DNA from: Candidatus Pelagibacter sp.
GTDB taxonomy: Bacteria; Pseudomonadota; Alphaproteobacteria; Paracaedibacterales; CAIOTO01
DNA: 64,000 bases
Assembly (NCBI GenBank): GCA_013823725.1
Contig: PNMQ01000006.1
Span: 1,746-65,745, forward strand
Direction: 5' to 3'
Shown here: one piece after another, positions 37,618 through 50,585 of the stretch
Position numbering within the stretch: the first letter of the stretch is position 1
Layout of the letters: each line of letters opens with the position of its first letter
Made by a program: the position numbers and the translations under genes
The notes under the pieces: model-generated
What the model was told of the DNA's origin: nothing
The model's input: only the letters and a program-made list of their open reading frames with translations
Databases searched by the model: none

Positions 37618-40600
37618 TTATGTTCGTCTAGATCCAATATATTTCACATACGTGTAATCTAATTTATTCAAAGGTCCGTGGCTATGATCTCTCAAAATAA
37701 TAGCATCTGAACTTTGATGAATATCTTTCTTTTGTTGATAGCACATACATGCATAAATAGGTTGATCAGAACCTTCTTTATAATAAACACAACGACTACA
37801 AATCCCTTTAGACATGCATTGTACAGGGTTAAAAACACTATAATCTACCGTTAATTTATTTGAACTTCTGGATATTTTTTTTAGTTCATCCATGACAAGA
37901 GTATTCAAATCATTTGATCCATGAATTTTCCACTGAATAACATCTTTTACCTTTTCAGAAATATCTTTAAGGGTGTCCTTTAATTTATCCAAAGAACAAA
38001 GCGTATAATCTTTTCCCTCTATGGCAGAAGGAATATAATTAATTTTAAAGGTATCAAAAACAGTTTGATCATGTTCTGATTGAATATAAACAACTAAAAA
38101 AACCTTACAATTTTTTAAAATAAGCTGTTCCCTATACATCACTAGAGTACTTAATGTTTGAGGTAACGCCACCAAAACAACGTTTTGATTTTCATACAAC
38201 TCAAATAAATCTCCAGATGGCCCCGTTAATGACACTTGCTCATGAACCCGTAGATTGTTCATGGAGTATGAAGATGCACCTGCTTGATGAATCAGAAAGG
38301 TTAAGGTCCTGCCATCAACTTTTAATGGTGACAAAGCTACACCTTCTGAATAGGGTGTTTTTTCTGCTTTATTATTTATAAAATATCGATTTAATTTATA
38401 AATAAATCCTGGTCTGTAAGCCTGTGCTTGAAGAGATGCATGAATTGTGACCTCTAACCAGTGATCAAACCTCACAATTTTTTGAACATAAATTTCAGTC
38501 AAATTTTTCCACTGAGTTAAAAAGTTGCCATTTTCTAACAAGTTAGAATCTTGAAAAGCATTTTGTTTTAAAGAATCAAGGATATAGGGATAACCCTTTT
38601 TAGCACTAGCCATAGCCTTTACAACGCTACCATGATAACGGGAATTCAAATCCCCAAAACAACTTATCTTATTTTGGAACTTTGCATTTTTAACGTTTAA
38701 GAGAGGATTATCTAAATCACCATCGTCCATTGTTTTTAAATAACTATTTTCAATGATCAAACAATCTTCATCATGAGCAATGGAAACATTAGGTTTAAGA
38801 CCTGTTCCTAACAACAATGTCTTACATGCCAAGGTTCTTTCTGTCGTTTGAATCTGTGCAATACATCCCTTTTCGTCCGAATGGATATCTGCTAGTTCTT
38901 CATCATAGATAACTTTAATCCCCTCGTTCAATGCTGCCTTTAACTCCTCCACGTTAATCCTATACGCTGGAGATTGTATAATGTCTTTGCGATATAATAA
39001 CGTCACACCTCCCCATTGATCTATCAAAGAATGAATCTTTTCAAGGTTTTGCTGAACGTCTACTTTATCAATTTCACAAGCGTGTGCAAGATAGGTATCT
39101 GCTAATTCATTTTCTTGGGCTGTCCAATCTTGTCTTATTTCATGATCAGACAAACTTATTTTCAGCGCATCATAGCGATGTTTGAATTTTAAAACTTGTT
39201 GTACATAAAAAGATCGGGCTTCAACAGCGCAATCAACAGCTGTCAACCCTCCCCCCAAAACCACAATAGGAAGCTCTAATTTAAACTGAAACAATGATTG
39301 CAAATGGTAAGCCGCACCTAAATGAAGAGTCATCAAAAAATCCGTGGCAAAATGCACACCAGCAATTTTCATCCAATCTGGTTTAAGACCCTTTGAAAGA
39401 CCTGCACCTAAACATAAGGCAACATGATCAAACCCCAATGAAAATGCTTTTTCAAAACCTAATGCCCCGCCAAAACGAATACCCCCTATTAGTAAAAATG
39501 AAGAGTTACGTTGTAAAATGATACGAATCAAATCAAGATAATTTTTATTCCACCGTGACGTAATACCGTATTCACAAACTCCTCCAAATCCTTGGGGAAT
39601 TCGCTGATACATGCTTTTTTGCATACTGTTCCAGGAATACATAACTTTAAAATCATCTGAAAAAATATCTATCCAGCCATTTTCAAGTGGTTCTATTTTT
39701 GCTGTATCAATAGCCACAACGGTAATGCCTTCACGCAACAAATAGTGGGCTAATGTAAATCCAGCAGGTCCAGTACCTACAACTAATACTTTGTTTCCTG
39801 TTGCGGCTTTAGGCAATGGATTTTCAATATTTAAAGGATTCCATCGTGTTAAAAGACTATATATTTCTGGTCCATAGGGTAAGTTAAGAACAGATTCCAA
39901 AATTTGCGTTTCAATTCCAGGAACATCAACTTGTGTTTGCTTTTGAAAGATACACGCTTGTTTGCAATCGACACAAATACGATGTCCCGTTCCTGCAATA
40001 AGCGGATTATCAATCATCGCTATTGCTAAAGCAGCGATAAAATGGCCTTTGCTAAACAATAAATTCATTTCTGAAATTTTTTGATCCAACGGACACCCTT
40101 CTAGTTTGGCACCCAAAGAATTTTCTTTAACATCACCAGATGAGCTCTTCAAACCAGTACGACACGAATCTTTTTTTTGGGGGTGACAATGAATGCAATA
40201 CGATGCTTGGTTAATTTCATATTCAACAGATGGAAGATCGTTTTTCAATGTGTATTCAAGCGGACTCTTTTCAAGAACTAAACTTTCAACCTGATGGTGT
40301 GTAAAAGTAAAATCCTTTAAAAGGTCTAAAGAATTGACTGGTTCACTCTTCCAAAAAAGTGTCGTTTGATCGTTTTTTTTTTCAAATAGTTGAACTTGAT
40401 ACGCACAAAATAATTCGGCTTGTTCAATTTTTTCAGCAAATTCTTCTACATTTTCTAGCCAGTCAAAAATCTGTTTTGCACATTCATATTCGTCTAATGA
40501 ATCAAAAGGATTTAATGGTGAATTTTTAATGATTGTTTGTTTGTACTTTGTTAGAACTCTTTTTTGAATAAAGTTTTTTCTAACCCATGAAATACAACTA

Positions 40601-40827
40601 ATCTTACTGATAGTTTTTCTGTGAGTTAACACTTCCTTTTCATTAAGAAATAAAAGCGCCATAAAATCTTCAAGATAAACAGCCTGTTCTAAGATTTTTT
40701 TTTGAAAAATATCTGATGACGTATTTATTGATGAAGAATTACAAAATAATAGAAAAATCGAATGTAATTTTTCTAATTTAGATTGGTCGTATAAATCACG
40801 AATACTAAAATCGAAACGAAGGTTCAC
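37618..40827 (-). CDS. Large fused iron-sulfur flavoprotein: unknown N-terminal domain, then a GltD/NfnB-like NAD(P)H oxidoreductase, then a PyrK/NfnA-like FAD/2Fe-2S reductase domain
   Basis: GltD-like Cys clusters (CIHCHPQKKDSC, EGCPLDQKISEMN, GHRICVDCKQACIF) and two Rossmann motifs (KVLVVGTGPAGFTLA, VVLGGGLTAVDCAVEA). The C-terminal FNR-like module has GPSG and the PyrK-type cluster CMSKGICSRCV...YAC. Confidence 0.8.
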   Translation of the reverse strand: MNLRFDFSIRDLYDQSKLEKLHSIFLLFCNSSSINTSSDIFQKKILEQAVYLEDFMALLFLNEKEVLTHRKTISKISCISWVRKNFIQKRVLTKYKQTIIKNSPLNPFDSLDEYECAKQIFDWLENVEEFAEKIEQAELFCAYQVQLFEKKNDQTTLFWKSEPVNSLDLLKDFTFTHHQVESLVLEKSPLEYTLKNDLPSVEYEINQASYCIHCHPQKKDSCRTGLKSSSGDVKENSLGAKLEGCPLDQKISEMNLLFSKGHFIAALAIAMIDNPLIAGTGHRICVDCKQACIFQKQTQVDVPGIETQILESVLNLPYGPEIYSLLTRWNPLNIENPLPKAATGNKVLVVGTGPAGFTLAHYLLREGITVVAIDTAKIEPLENGWIDIFSDDFKVMYSWNSMQKSMYQRIPQGFGGVCEYGITSRWNKNYLDLIRIILQRNSSFLLIGGIRFGGALGFEKAFSLGFDHVALCLGAGLSKGLKPDWMKIAGVHFATDFLMTLHLGAAYHLQSLFQFKLELPIVVLGGGLTAVDCAVEARSFYVQQVLKFKHRYDALKISLSDHEIRQDWTAQENELADTYLAHACEIDKVDVQQNLEKIHSLIDQWGGVTLLYRKDIIQSPAYRINVEELKAALNEGIKVIYDEELADIHSDEKGCIAQIQTTERTLACKTLLLGTGLKPNVSIAHDEDCLIIENSYLKTMDDGDLDNPLLNVKNAKFQNKISCFGDLNSRYHGSVVKAMASAKKGYPYILDSLKQNAFQDSNLLENGNFLTQWKNLTEIYVQKIVRFDHWLEVTIHASLQAQAYRPGFIYKLNRYFINNKAEKTPYSEGVALSPLKVDGRTLTFLIHQAGASSYSMNNLRVHEQVSLTGPSGDLFELYENQNVVLVALPQTLSTLVMYREQLILKNCKVFLVVYIQSEHDQTVFDTFKINYIPSAIEGKDYTLCSLDKLKDTLKDISEKVKDVIQWKIHGSNDLNTLVMDELKKISRSSNKLTVDYSVFNPVQCMSKGICSRCVYYKEGSDQPIYACMCYQQKKDIHQSSDAIILRDHSHGPLNKLDYTYVKYIGSRRT

Positions 40828-40914
40828 AATATAAAAAATTAAATTTTGATTACCTCATACTAACACTGAACAGTCCCTAATGGATAGTAAAGTGTATAAG
40901 ATAGGCTTAAATTA

Positions 40915-42129
40915 TTACTTTTCACCATTATTGAAGAATATCAATCGAGTGCTAAAATAAAATAATAATAAGGATAAAATGAGCGATGCAATATATAAAG
41001 GATATGCTGTTTTGTTATAAATGAAAGCAGCTAACAAAATTGCTGCTGTCAAACAAAGGTTACGTATCAACGCTAAGATTGACACCCCAACACCTTTATG
41101 TTCTTTCATACTATCAAACATTTGTGTAGCAGAACTTGAATACAAAAAAACAGAACTGATGTAAAGCAAGCAATGAATAATTGTTAAAACAATATAGTTT
41201 TGGAATCTTGAAAAGATTGATACGATCAATGCACAGAAGAAAATCGCATTCCCAATGCATCCGATAATATAACTTTTCTCAAAACTTATAGTCGAAATCA
41301 CTTTTCTATATACAAAAGTTGATACAATACTTACAGCCACAGGAATAGTCTGATAACCTGCATATTCACTGGCAGACATGCCAAATTCTTTGATAAACAA
41401 ATAAGCATTAGTTATTGAAAACATGATTGGCATACTAAGAGGTAATGTGTGCACAATCGAACGCATTAAAAAAACCTTATCTTTTAAAAAAGATTTTAAG
41501 ATGAACCATATGCTATCATCTTTGTCTGTTTTTTTATCTGCATGGACCATCGTTTCTTTAAAATGAAACACGTATAGCAATAAGGCCATGAATGATAAAA
41601 TTCCAACAAAGATAAAGTTTGATTGCCAACCAAAATATTTTTCCAGAAATGCCCCAAAATTTGGAGCTATAGCAAAAGATACAGGAAACAAAATACTCGC
41701 AGTTGCTAATGCTTTTGCATAACAAATACCCGACAAAACATCTGCCATGATAACAAAACATGTATTAATTATCCCACCGGTTCCAAAGGACTGTATGATT
41801 CTACCTAATAAAAACAATTCAATGTTATCAGATAAAGAGCAAACAATGGACCCAACTACTAAAAATGAAAGTGCACAAACAACCGTAATTTTGCGGCCAT
41901 GTTTATCACTGAATCTGCCATAAAATAAACCGATTATTGCCGAAATAAAGGGACTGACAGATACCGATAAATTCATGATTAATCGGTCTGTTTGAAAATA
42001 TTCCGTCAAATAAGGAAGATGTGGCAAATAAATATCAAAGCAAAAAACGGCAATGACAATAAGGCTATAAAGCATTATATCAAACATAAAGTTGATTTTA
42101 TTTTTATTCTTATTTTTTATATTATTCAT
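40915..42129 (-). CDS. MFS transporter (12 TM; drug/metabolite exporter-like)
   Basis: Polytopic protein with MFS motif A, GRFSDKHGRK, between TM2 and TM3. Confidence 0.8.
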   Translation of the reverse strand: MNNIKNKNKNKINFMFDIMLYSLIVIAVFCFDIYLPHLPYLTEYFQTDRLIMNLSVSVSPFISAIIGLFYGRFSDKHGRKITVVCALSFLVVGSIVCSLSDNIELFLLGRIIQSFGTGGIINTCFVIMADVLSGICYAKALATASILFPVSFAIAPNFGAFLEKYFGWQSNFIFVGILSFMALLLYVFHFKETMVHADKKTDKDDSIWFILKSFLKDKVFLMRSIVHTLPLSMPIMFSITNAYLFIKEFGMSASEYAGYQTIPVAVSIVSTFVYRKVISTISFEKSYIIGCIGNAIFFCALIVSIFSRFQNYIVLTIIHCLLYISSVFLYSSSATQMFDSMKEHKGVGVSILALIRNLCLTAAILLAAFIYNKTAYPLYIASLILSLLLFYFSTRLIFFNNGEK

Positions 42130-43135
42130 TTTTCAAGTACTTACAAATATCAATAGCGGAATATGTTATAACATTTGAACATCCTGCTCTTATAAAAGAG
42201 TGCATAATTTCAAATGTTGATTGTTTATCATCTAAGTAACCATGATACGCTGATAACTTCTGCATGACATATTCTCCACTCACATGATAGCTGATAATAG
42301 GTAAAGATGTTTTTTCTTTTACTTTAGATACAATATCTAGATTCATAAGACCAGGCTTTATAATCAAGCAATCTGCACCTTCGGCTTCATCAAACATGCA
42401 TTCGGACAAAGCTTCAGTAGAGTTTCTATAATCCATCTGGTATGTTTTTTTATCATTCAACGCCTTCAAACCTTTACTGCCAAGGGCATTTCTAAAAGGT
42501 TGATAAAATGAAGAGGCGTATTTTACGGCATAACTTGCAATTAAAGTTTGCGTATAACCATGGGTCTCAAGATCATTTCTAATATCTAAAATTCTTCCAT
42601 CCATCATATCGGAAGGACAAACAAAATCTGCACCTGCTTCTGCTAACAACAGCGCCATAGAAGATAAAATTTTTACCGTTTCTGTATTATCGACGTCTTG
42701 AACTTTGGTATGCAAGGCACCTATTACACCGTCATGTCCATGGGATGTATATGGATCTAGGGCAACATCGGACATGATGGATAATTGATAATTTTGTTCT
42801 TTAATTTTTCGAACAGCTTTATAAATTAAAGATTCAGGATTTAAGGCCTCAGTTCCTATTTCATCCTTCTTGTCTTCAGATATTACTGGGAAAAGCATAA
42901 TCGCCTTGATTCCAAAAGACTGCAACTGTTCACACAATGCAGGAAGATCTTCTATCATATAGCGACGTAGGCCTGGAAAAATATCCAGGTCAAGACCTCC
43001 ATCGTGGGGAACTTCGCTTACAAAAATAGGCGCGATAAACTGCGACGGGTTGATGAAGTGTTCAGCAAATAAATCACGAATCCATGGTGTGGCTCGTTTT
43101 CGACGATGCCTTTGTAAAGGAAAACAAGAAACCAT
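42122..43135 (-). CDS. hemB: Porphobilinogen synthase (delta-aminolevulinate dehydratase), Asp-rich (non-zinc) type
   Basis: The metal-site region DVALDPYTSHGHDG is the Asp-rich type rather than the Cys-rich type. Active-site lysine context is SDMMDGR and KPGLMNLD. Confidence 0.95.
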   Translation of the reverse strand: MVSCFPLQRHRRKRATPWIRDLFAEHFINPSQFIAPIFVSEVPHDGGLDLDIFPGLRRYMIEDLPALCEQLQSFGIKAIMLFPVISEDKKDEIGTEALNPESLIYKAVRKIKEQNYQLSIMSDVALDPYTSHGHDGVIGALHTKVQDVDNTETVKILSSMALLLAEAGADFVCPSDMMDGRILDIRNDLETHGYTQTLIASYAVKYASSFYQPFRNALGSKGLKALNDKKTYQMDYRNSTEALSECMFDEAEGADCLIIKPGLMNLDIVSKVKEKTSLPIISYHVSGEYVMQKLSAYHGYLDDKQSTFEIMHSFIRAGCSNVITYSAIDICKYLKNE

Positions 43136-43377
43136 TATGCCGACATATTCGAAATAGCATAAGGTTTTAACGTAATTTCAGACGAATTAGCATTTATTTG
43201 ATCAATTTTTGTTTTGGCTGTTGATAGTTTTTCTTCACAATAAGATTTTAAAAAAGTACCTCTTTCATAAGCACTAACGGCCTCTTCAAGTGGCAACTTA
43301 CCATCTTCTAATTTTCTAACCAAAGACTCTAGCTCTGTTAATGCTTCTTCAAAAGAAAGAGACAAGCTGTTTTCCAT
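43135..43377 (-). CDS. xseB: Exodeoxyribonuclease VII small subunit
   Basis: 80-aa helical protein. SFEEALTELESLVRKLEDGKLPLEEAVSAYERG is the XseB signature. Confidence 0.9.
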   Translation of the reverse strand: MENSLSLSFEEALTELESLVRKLEDGKLPLEEAVSAYERGTFLKSYCEEKLSTAKTKIDQINANSSEITLKPYAISNMSA

Positions 43378-43432
43378 TTTTTTCTTTAAAAATTAAATAT
43401 TCTTAAAATTAAGTATATCTGAATTTAAAAAA

Positions 43433-43478
43433 AATTCAAAAAAAATATAAAGGCGATAGAATAAATCTATCACCTTTT
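43433..43478 (-). terminator. Rho-independent terminator downstream of the rubrerythrin-family gene
   Basis: On the minus strand: GGTGATAGA-TTTAT-TCTATCGCC (one G-T pair) followed by TTTATATTTTTTTT. Confidence 0.7.
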
Positions 43479-43498
43479 AAATTTAAAAGCGTTATGCT

Positions 43499-43918
43499 TT
43501 AATTACCGAGTTGATCCAAAGCTTTTTGGAATCTTCCAGCATGAGATTTTTCAGCCTTAGCTAATGTTTCAAACCATTCAGCAATTTCTTCAAAACCTTC
43601 TTCACGAGCTGCTTTAGCCATACCTGGGTACATGTCTGTATATTCGTGGGTTTCACCTTCTATTGCAGCTTTTAAATTATCTTGCGTTGAACCGATAGGA
43701 AGACCAGTCGCCGGATCACCAACTTCTTCTAAGAACTCTAAGTGTCCATGAGCATGACCGGTTTCACCTTCTGCAGTAGAACGAAACACAGCTGCTACAT
43801 CGTTATATCCTTCAATATCTGCCTTTTGTGCGAAATAGAGATATCTTCTGTTCGCTTGTGATTCACCTGAAAACGCATCTTTTAAATTTTGTTCCGTTTT
43901 AGATCCTTTAAGATTCAT
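43499..43918 (-). CDS. Rubrerythrin-family ferritin-like diiron protein with no rubredoxin domain
   Basis: [23 protein letters not shown] and two ExxH diiron motifs ([15 protein letters not shown]). At 139 aa it ends before any CxxC rubredoxin module. Confidence 0.88.
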   Translation of the reverse strand: MNLKGSKTEQNLKDAFSGESQANRRYLYFAQKADIEGYNDVAAVFRSTAEGETGHAHGHLEFLEEVGDPATGLPIGSTQDNLKAAIEGETHEYTDMYPGMAKAAREEGFEEIAEWFETLAKAEKSHAGRFQKALDQLGN

Positions 43919-43968
43919 AATTTTTCCCTATTTGAATATTGTAACTAACCATAACTTTTTTTAAATAA

Positions 43969-44934
43969 ATGGTCAACCTATCACTGAAAAAAATCTTGCG
44001 AATAAGTGCAGATAATATTATATTAAATACATGTGAATACTTATTAGATTTTGAAAACGTGAATATATTTCCCAAAGGAATAATACCTTATTTTAAAAAA
44101 AACCTCCGAAATATATTATTATTCAAGAATCAAAAAACCAGCCCTATTCCCTTTCTTGCAGAACTCAAAGAAACCAGTATGGGTTTTGCGATTAGCATAT
44201 CGTGTTTTCTAACTGCCATACTATTTGCCAATGGAGACGTTTTTTCATCTATTCCTTTCGAAATATTCTTAACATCTTTTTTTCTGTTTATCTGCATTCA
44301 TCTTAGCATCCATTTTTGGGTTAAATCTTTTTATTCAAAATATCAGTATGAATTTGCTTTAAACAACATCCTGTTTCTTGTATCTGTTTGCTTTCTTGAA
44401 AGTTTCATATTTGCACCCTTTGCTTACAGCATAAAAGCATTCGCTTACCTATCTAAAGGCATACCCTTAATTTATTTCTTTCTCTGCTCTAGCGTTAAAT
44501 TATCAGTATTGTGGGCCATAAAAATTCACCAAGAAATGATTCAATATCAAACAAAAAAGATACTTAAAGACAAATCTGTTCCAATTATTATCATTGGAAG
44601 CCAAGAAACAGTTGAACAATTCATTCAAGAAATTGTCCATTCACCTGCATTTTCTTATGATCCTCAATGCATTCTAGCTACAGAAAACCCTGAAGAATAT
44701 AACATCTGCTCCTCATGGTCTATACCTGTTCTGTCAATTTTTGAAAATAGCGCAATACATAAAACGCTAAGAACCTTACCCAAAAAACCCACCTGTATTA
44801 TTACAACAAGTTCTGTGCAAAGATCTGAAATTTCGAATCAAATTCAAGCATTATCACAAAAATATACCATACCTGTAACACAAATTATTTTGAATTATTC
44901 CAATGAAATTTTCAAAAAATCACTTGTAGCCTAG
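43969..44934 (+). CDS. Membrane protein resembling only the N-terminal TM plus Rossmann-like module of CapD/WbpM/WbaP-type polysaccharide biosynthesis proteins
   Basis: About 4 TM segments, then VPIIIIGSQETVEQFIQEI...YDPQCILATENPEE. No catalytic domain follows before dnaN. Confidence 0.5.
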   Translation: MVNLSLKKILRISADNIILNTCEYLLDFENVNIFPKGIIPYFKKNLRNILLFKNQKTSPIPFLAELKETSMGFAISISCFLTAILFANGDVFSSIPFEIFLTSFFLFICIHLSIHFWVKSFYSKYQYEFALNNILFLVSVCFLESFIFAPFAYSIKAFAYLSKGIPLIYFFLCSSVKLSVLWAIKIHQEMIQYQTKKILKDKSVPIIIIGSQETVEQFIQEIVHSPAFSYDPQCILATENPEEYNICSSWSIPVLSIFENSAIHKTLRTLPKKPTCIITTSSVQRSEISNQIQALSQKYTIPVTQIILNYSNEIFKKSLVA

Positions 44935-45053
44935 AACAGATCGATCACTTTATTTTTTCGCATAAATGCATCGAATCTCATCTTCAACTAGACTTTTTTC
45001 CAATATGAAGCTATTATGTTATACAAGATATTTTAAATATAGAAAAATTAAGC

Positions 45054-46193
45054 ATGATATTTTCCACACAAAAAAGTGATTTATTAAAGTCTGTAGGACA
45101 TTGCGTTAAAATTATTGACAAAAAATCACCTCTACCCATTCTTAATCAGCTCATGATTAAAACTTCTGACGAAGGATTATTCTTATCAGCAACAGATATG
45201 GATTTGGGTATTTTGTGTAAAATTCCTGCATCGATATCCGATCACGGCAGTATTTGCGTTTCAGGACATTTACTTTTTGAAATATTGAAAAAATTACCCG
45301 ATGGGTCATCTGTTAACTTTAAATTCAACAATGAAAGAACTCAACTTATTGTCGATTCTGGAAGATCAAAATTTTCAATAGCGTGCATGGATTCTCAAAA
45401 TTTTCCAGAGCTTATTCAATCAGAATACGACTCAACATTTATGATTAGCCCTGAAATTTTAAAAGACATGATTGACAGTACGCAATTTTGTGCTTCTCAT
45501 GATGAAACAAAATACAATATGAGCGGGATATATTTCCATTCTGTAACGACTGATCAAGGTGAAAAAATACGAACTGTTGCTTCAGATTTGTGCAGATTAG
45601 CTTGCTGTGAATATGATGCACCAGAAGGTTCTCAAGGCATGCCACAAGTTATTCTTTCTAAGAAAACAGTTTCTGAGGTTGGCAAACTCATAGAAAGCAC
45701 AAAATCAGAAATTCAAGTATCTCTATCTTCTGCAAAAGTTGAATTTGTAGTTAAGGATGAAAGAAGCGAGTATACGTTTATCTCTAGAAACATAGATGCA
45801 TCTTACCCTAGCTACGAATCAGCATTAGAGCTTAAAAGCGATCAGATTATTACAGCGGATAGAAAACAATTTTCAGAATGCGTTGACCGCGTTAGCATTG
45901 TTGTTGCATCGGATAAAGTCAACGTTATCAAACTATTTGTTTGTCAAAACGAAGCAAAATTATCAGCAGTTAGCCAGGATATTGGATCTGCACAAGAAGA
46001 AATAGAAGTAGACTTTCCTTATGATAATGCAATTGAAGTCTGTTTTAATTCTCGTTTCTTTTATGAAATAACCCAGCAAATCAAAGAAACTGAAGTTGAA
46101 GTGATGATTACAGATGGTGATGAATCATGCATCATCATTAAGCCTGTAAACAATAGTAAAAAAATGTATGTCTTAATGCCGATGGATGTTTAA
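45054..46193 (+). CDS. dnaN: DNA polymerase III subunit beta (sliding clamp)
   Basis: 379 aa with a three-domain clamp pattern, a typical N-terminus (LLKSVGHCVKIIDKKSPLPILNQLMIKT) and the dnaN-recF-gyrB context. Confidence 0.93.
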   Translation: MIFSTQKSDLLKSVGHCVKIIDKKSPLPILNQLMIKTSDEGLFLSATDMDLGILCKIPASISDHGSICVSGHLLFEILKKLPDGSSVNFKFNNERTQLIVDSGRSKFSIACMDSQNFPELIQSEYDSTFMISPEILKDMIDSTQFCASHDETKYNMSGIYFHSVTTDQGEKIRTVASDLCRLACCEYDAPEGSQGMPQVILSKKTVSEVGKLIESTKSEIQVSLSSAKVEFVVKDERSEYTFISRNIDASYPSYESALELKSDQIITADRKQFSECVDRVSIVVASDKVNVIKLFVCQNEAKLSAVSQDIGSAQEEIEVDFPYDNAIEVCFNSRFFYEITQQIKETEVEVMITDGDESCIIIKPVNNSKKMYVLMPMDV

Positions 46194-46204
46194 ACAAAAC
46201 ACGG

Positions 46205-49764
<3,560 letters not shown>

Positions 49765-49799
49765 GATATAATGTATAAAAATATATTAAAGAGGAAATT

Positions 49800-50108
49800 A
49801 TGAAAGCTGAATGGGGAAAAAAAAGAACGTGTTTAAGTTGCAAAGAACGTTTTTATGATTTAAATCAAGCAGCACCGGTTTGTCCAAAATGCAATACCGC
49901 TTTTGAAATTGTAACCTATACCAAATCACGCAGAGGACGCCCTTCTCTCGATGCTAACAGAGATTTATTAATCGATGATTTAGATCTTGATTTAGGCGTA
50001 GATATTGCATCAAGTTCAGATTCTGATATTATTGTTGACGATGACGGATTAGATGAAGATCTGAATGATATTCCTGATGTCATCAGTGACGAAAGAGACG
50101 ATTCTTAA
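49800..50108 (+). CDS. TIGR02300 (FYDLN_acid) family zinc-ribbon protein
   Basis: N-terminal WGKKRTCLSCKERFYDLNQAAPVCPKCNTAF followed by an acidic tail. Confidence 0.85.
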   Translation: MKAEWGKKRTCLSCKERFYDLNQAAPVCPKCNTAFEIVTYTKSRRGRPSLDANRDLLIDDLDLDLGVDIASSSDSDIIVDDDGLDEDLNDIPDVISDERDDS

Positions 50109-50129
50109 TTTTTTTAAGAGAGGTTTTAT

Positions 50130-50573
50130 ATGAACATTGAAAATGAAACTCCTGAACCTGTATTAGATGTAAAAAACTTTACATTTGAAGCAAAAAATAA
50201 TGATTTCGTAATTTCAATAAAACCTCTATTCATGCCAACACATTCCAGCATTGACGACTTATTATTTGTTTGGTGTTACCACGTTATGATCGAAAATATT
50301 GGACAGACTTCTTGTAAGATTGCTAACAGATATTGGAAAATTACTGATGGAAACGCAAAAGTTTGTGAAGTCAACGGAGAAGGTGTTGGTGGTGAACAAC
50401 CTCTTATAAATCCTGGCGATCTTTACGAATATACCAGCGCAGTACCTTTGTCGACACCATCAGGATTTATGCAAGGACACTACATTATGGAAACGGAAAA
50501 TGGTTCACAATTTGAACTGCCTATTCCAACTTTCTCGCTAGACAGCCCCTATGCACATTTAAGCATTCAATAA
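50130..50573 (+). CDS. apaG: ApaG (DUF525) protein
   Basis: YHVMIENIGQTSCKIANRYWKITDGN...GEGVGGEQPLINPGDLYEYTS...G.MQGHY matches the ApaG pattern. Confidence 0.9.
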   Translation: MNIENETPEPVLDVKNFTFEAKNNDFVISIKPLFMPTHSSIDDLLFVWCYHVMIENIGQTSCKIANRYWKITDGNAKVCEVNGEGVGGEQPLINPGDLYEYTSAVPLSTPSGFMQGHYIMETENGSQFELPIPTFSLDSPYAHLSIQ

Positions 50574-50585
50574 AGTTAAAAGATC

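Noticed and set aside
37570-37621. 10-bp perfect inverted repeat ATAACCTATA ... TATAGGTTAT separated by 32 nt, overlapping the stop codon of the 1069-aa gene
   Set aside because: It is most simply a weak terminator-like structure between convergent genes in AT-rich DNA. The loop is long and there is no flanking T-tract, repeat family or ORF to suggest a mobile element.
44935-45053. Possible replication origin upstream of dnaN
   Set aside because: There is no dnaA gene adjacent. By eye I found no TTATCCACA-like DnaA boxes (or their complement) in the 119-bp spacer. A genome-wide GC-skew and DnaA-box analysis would be needed.
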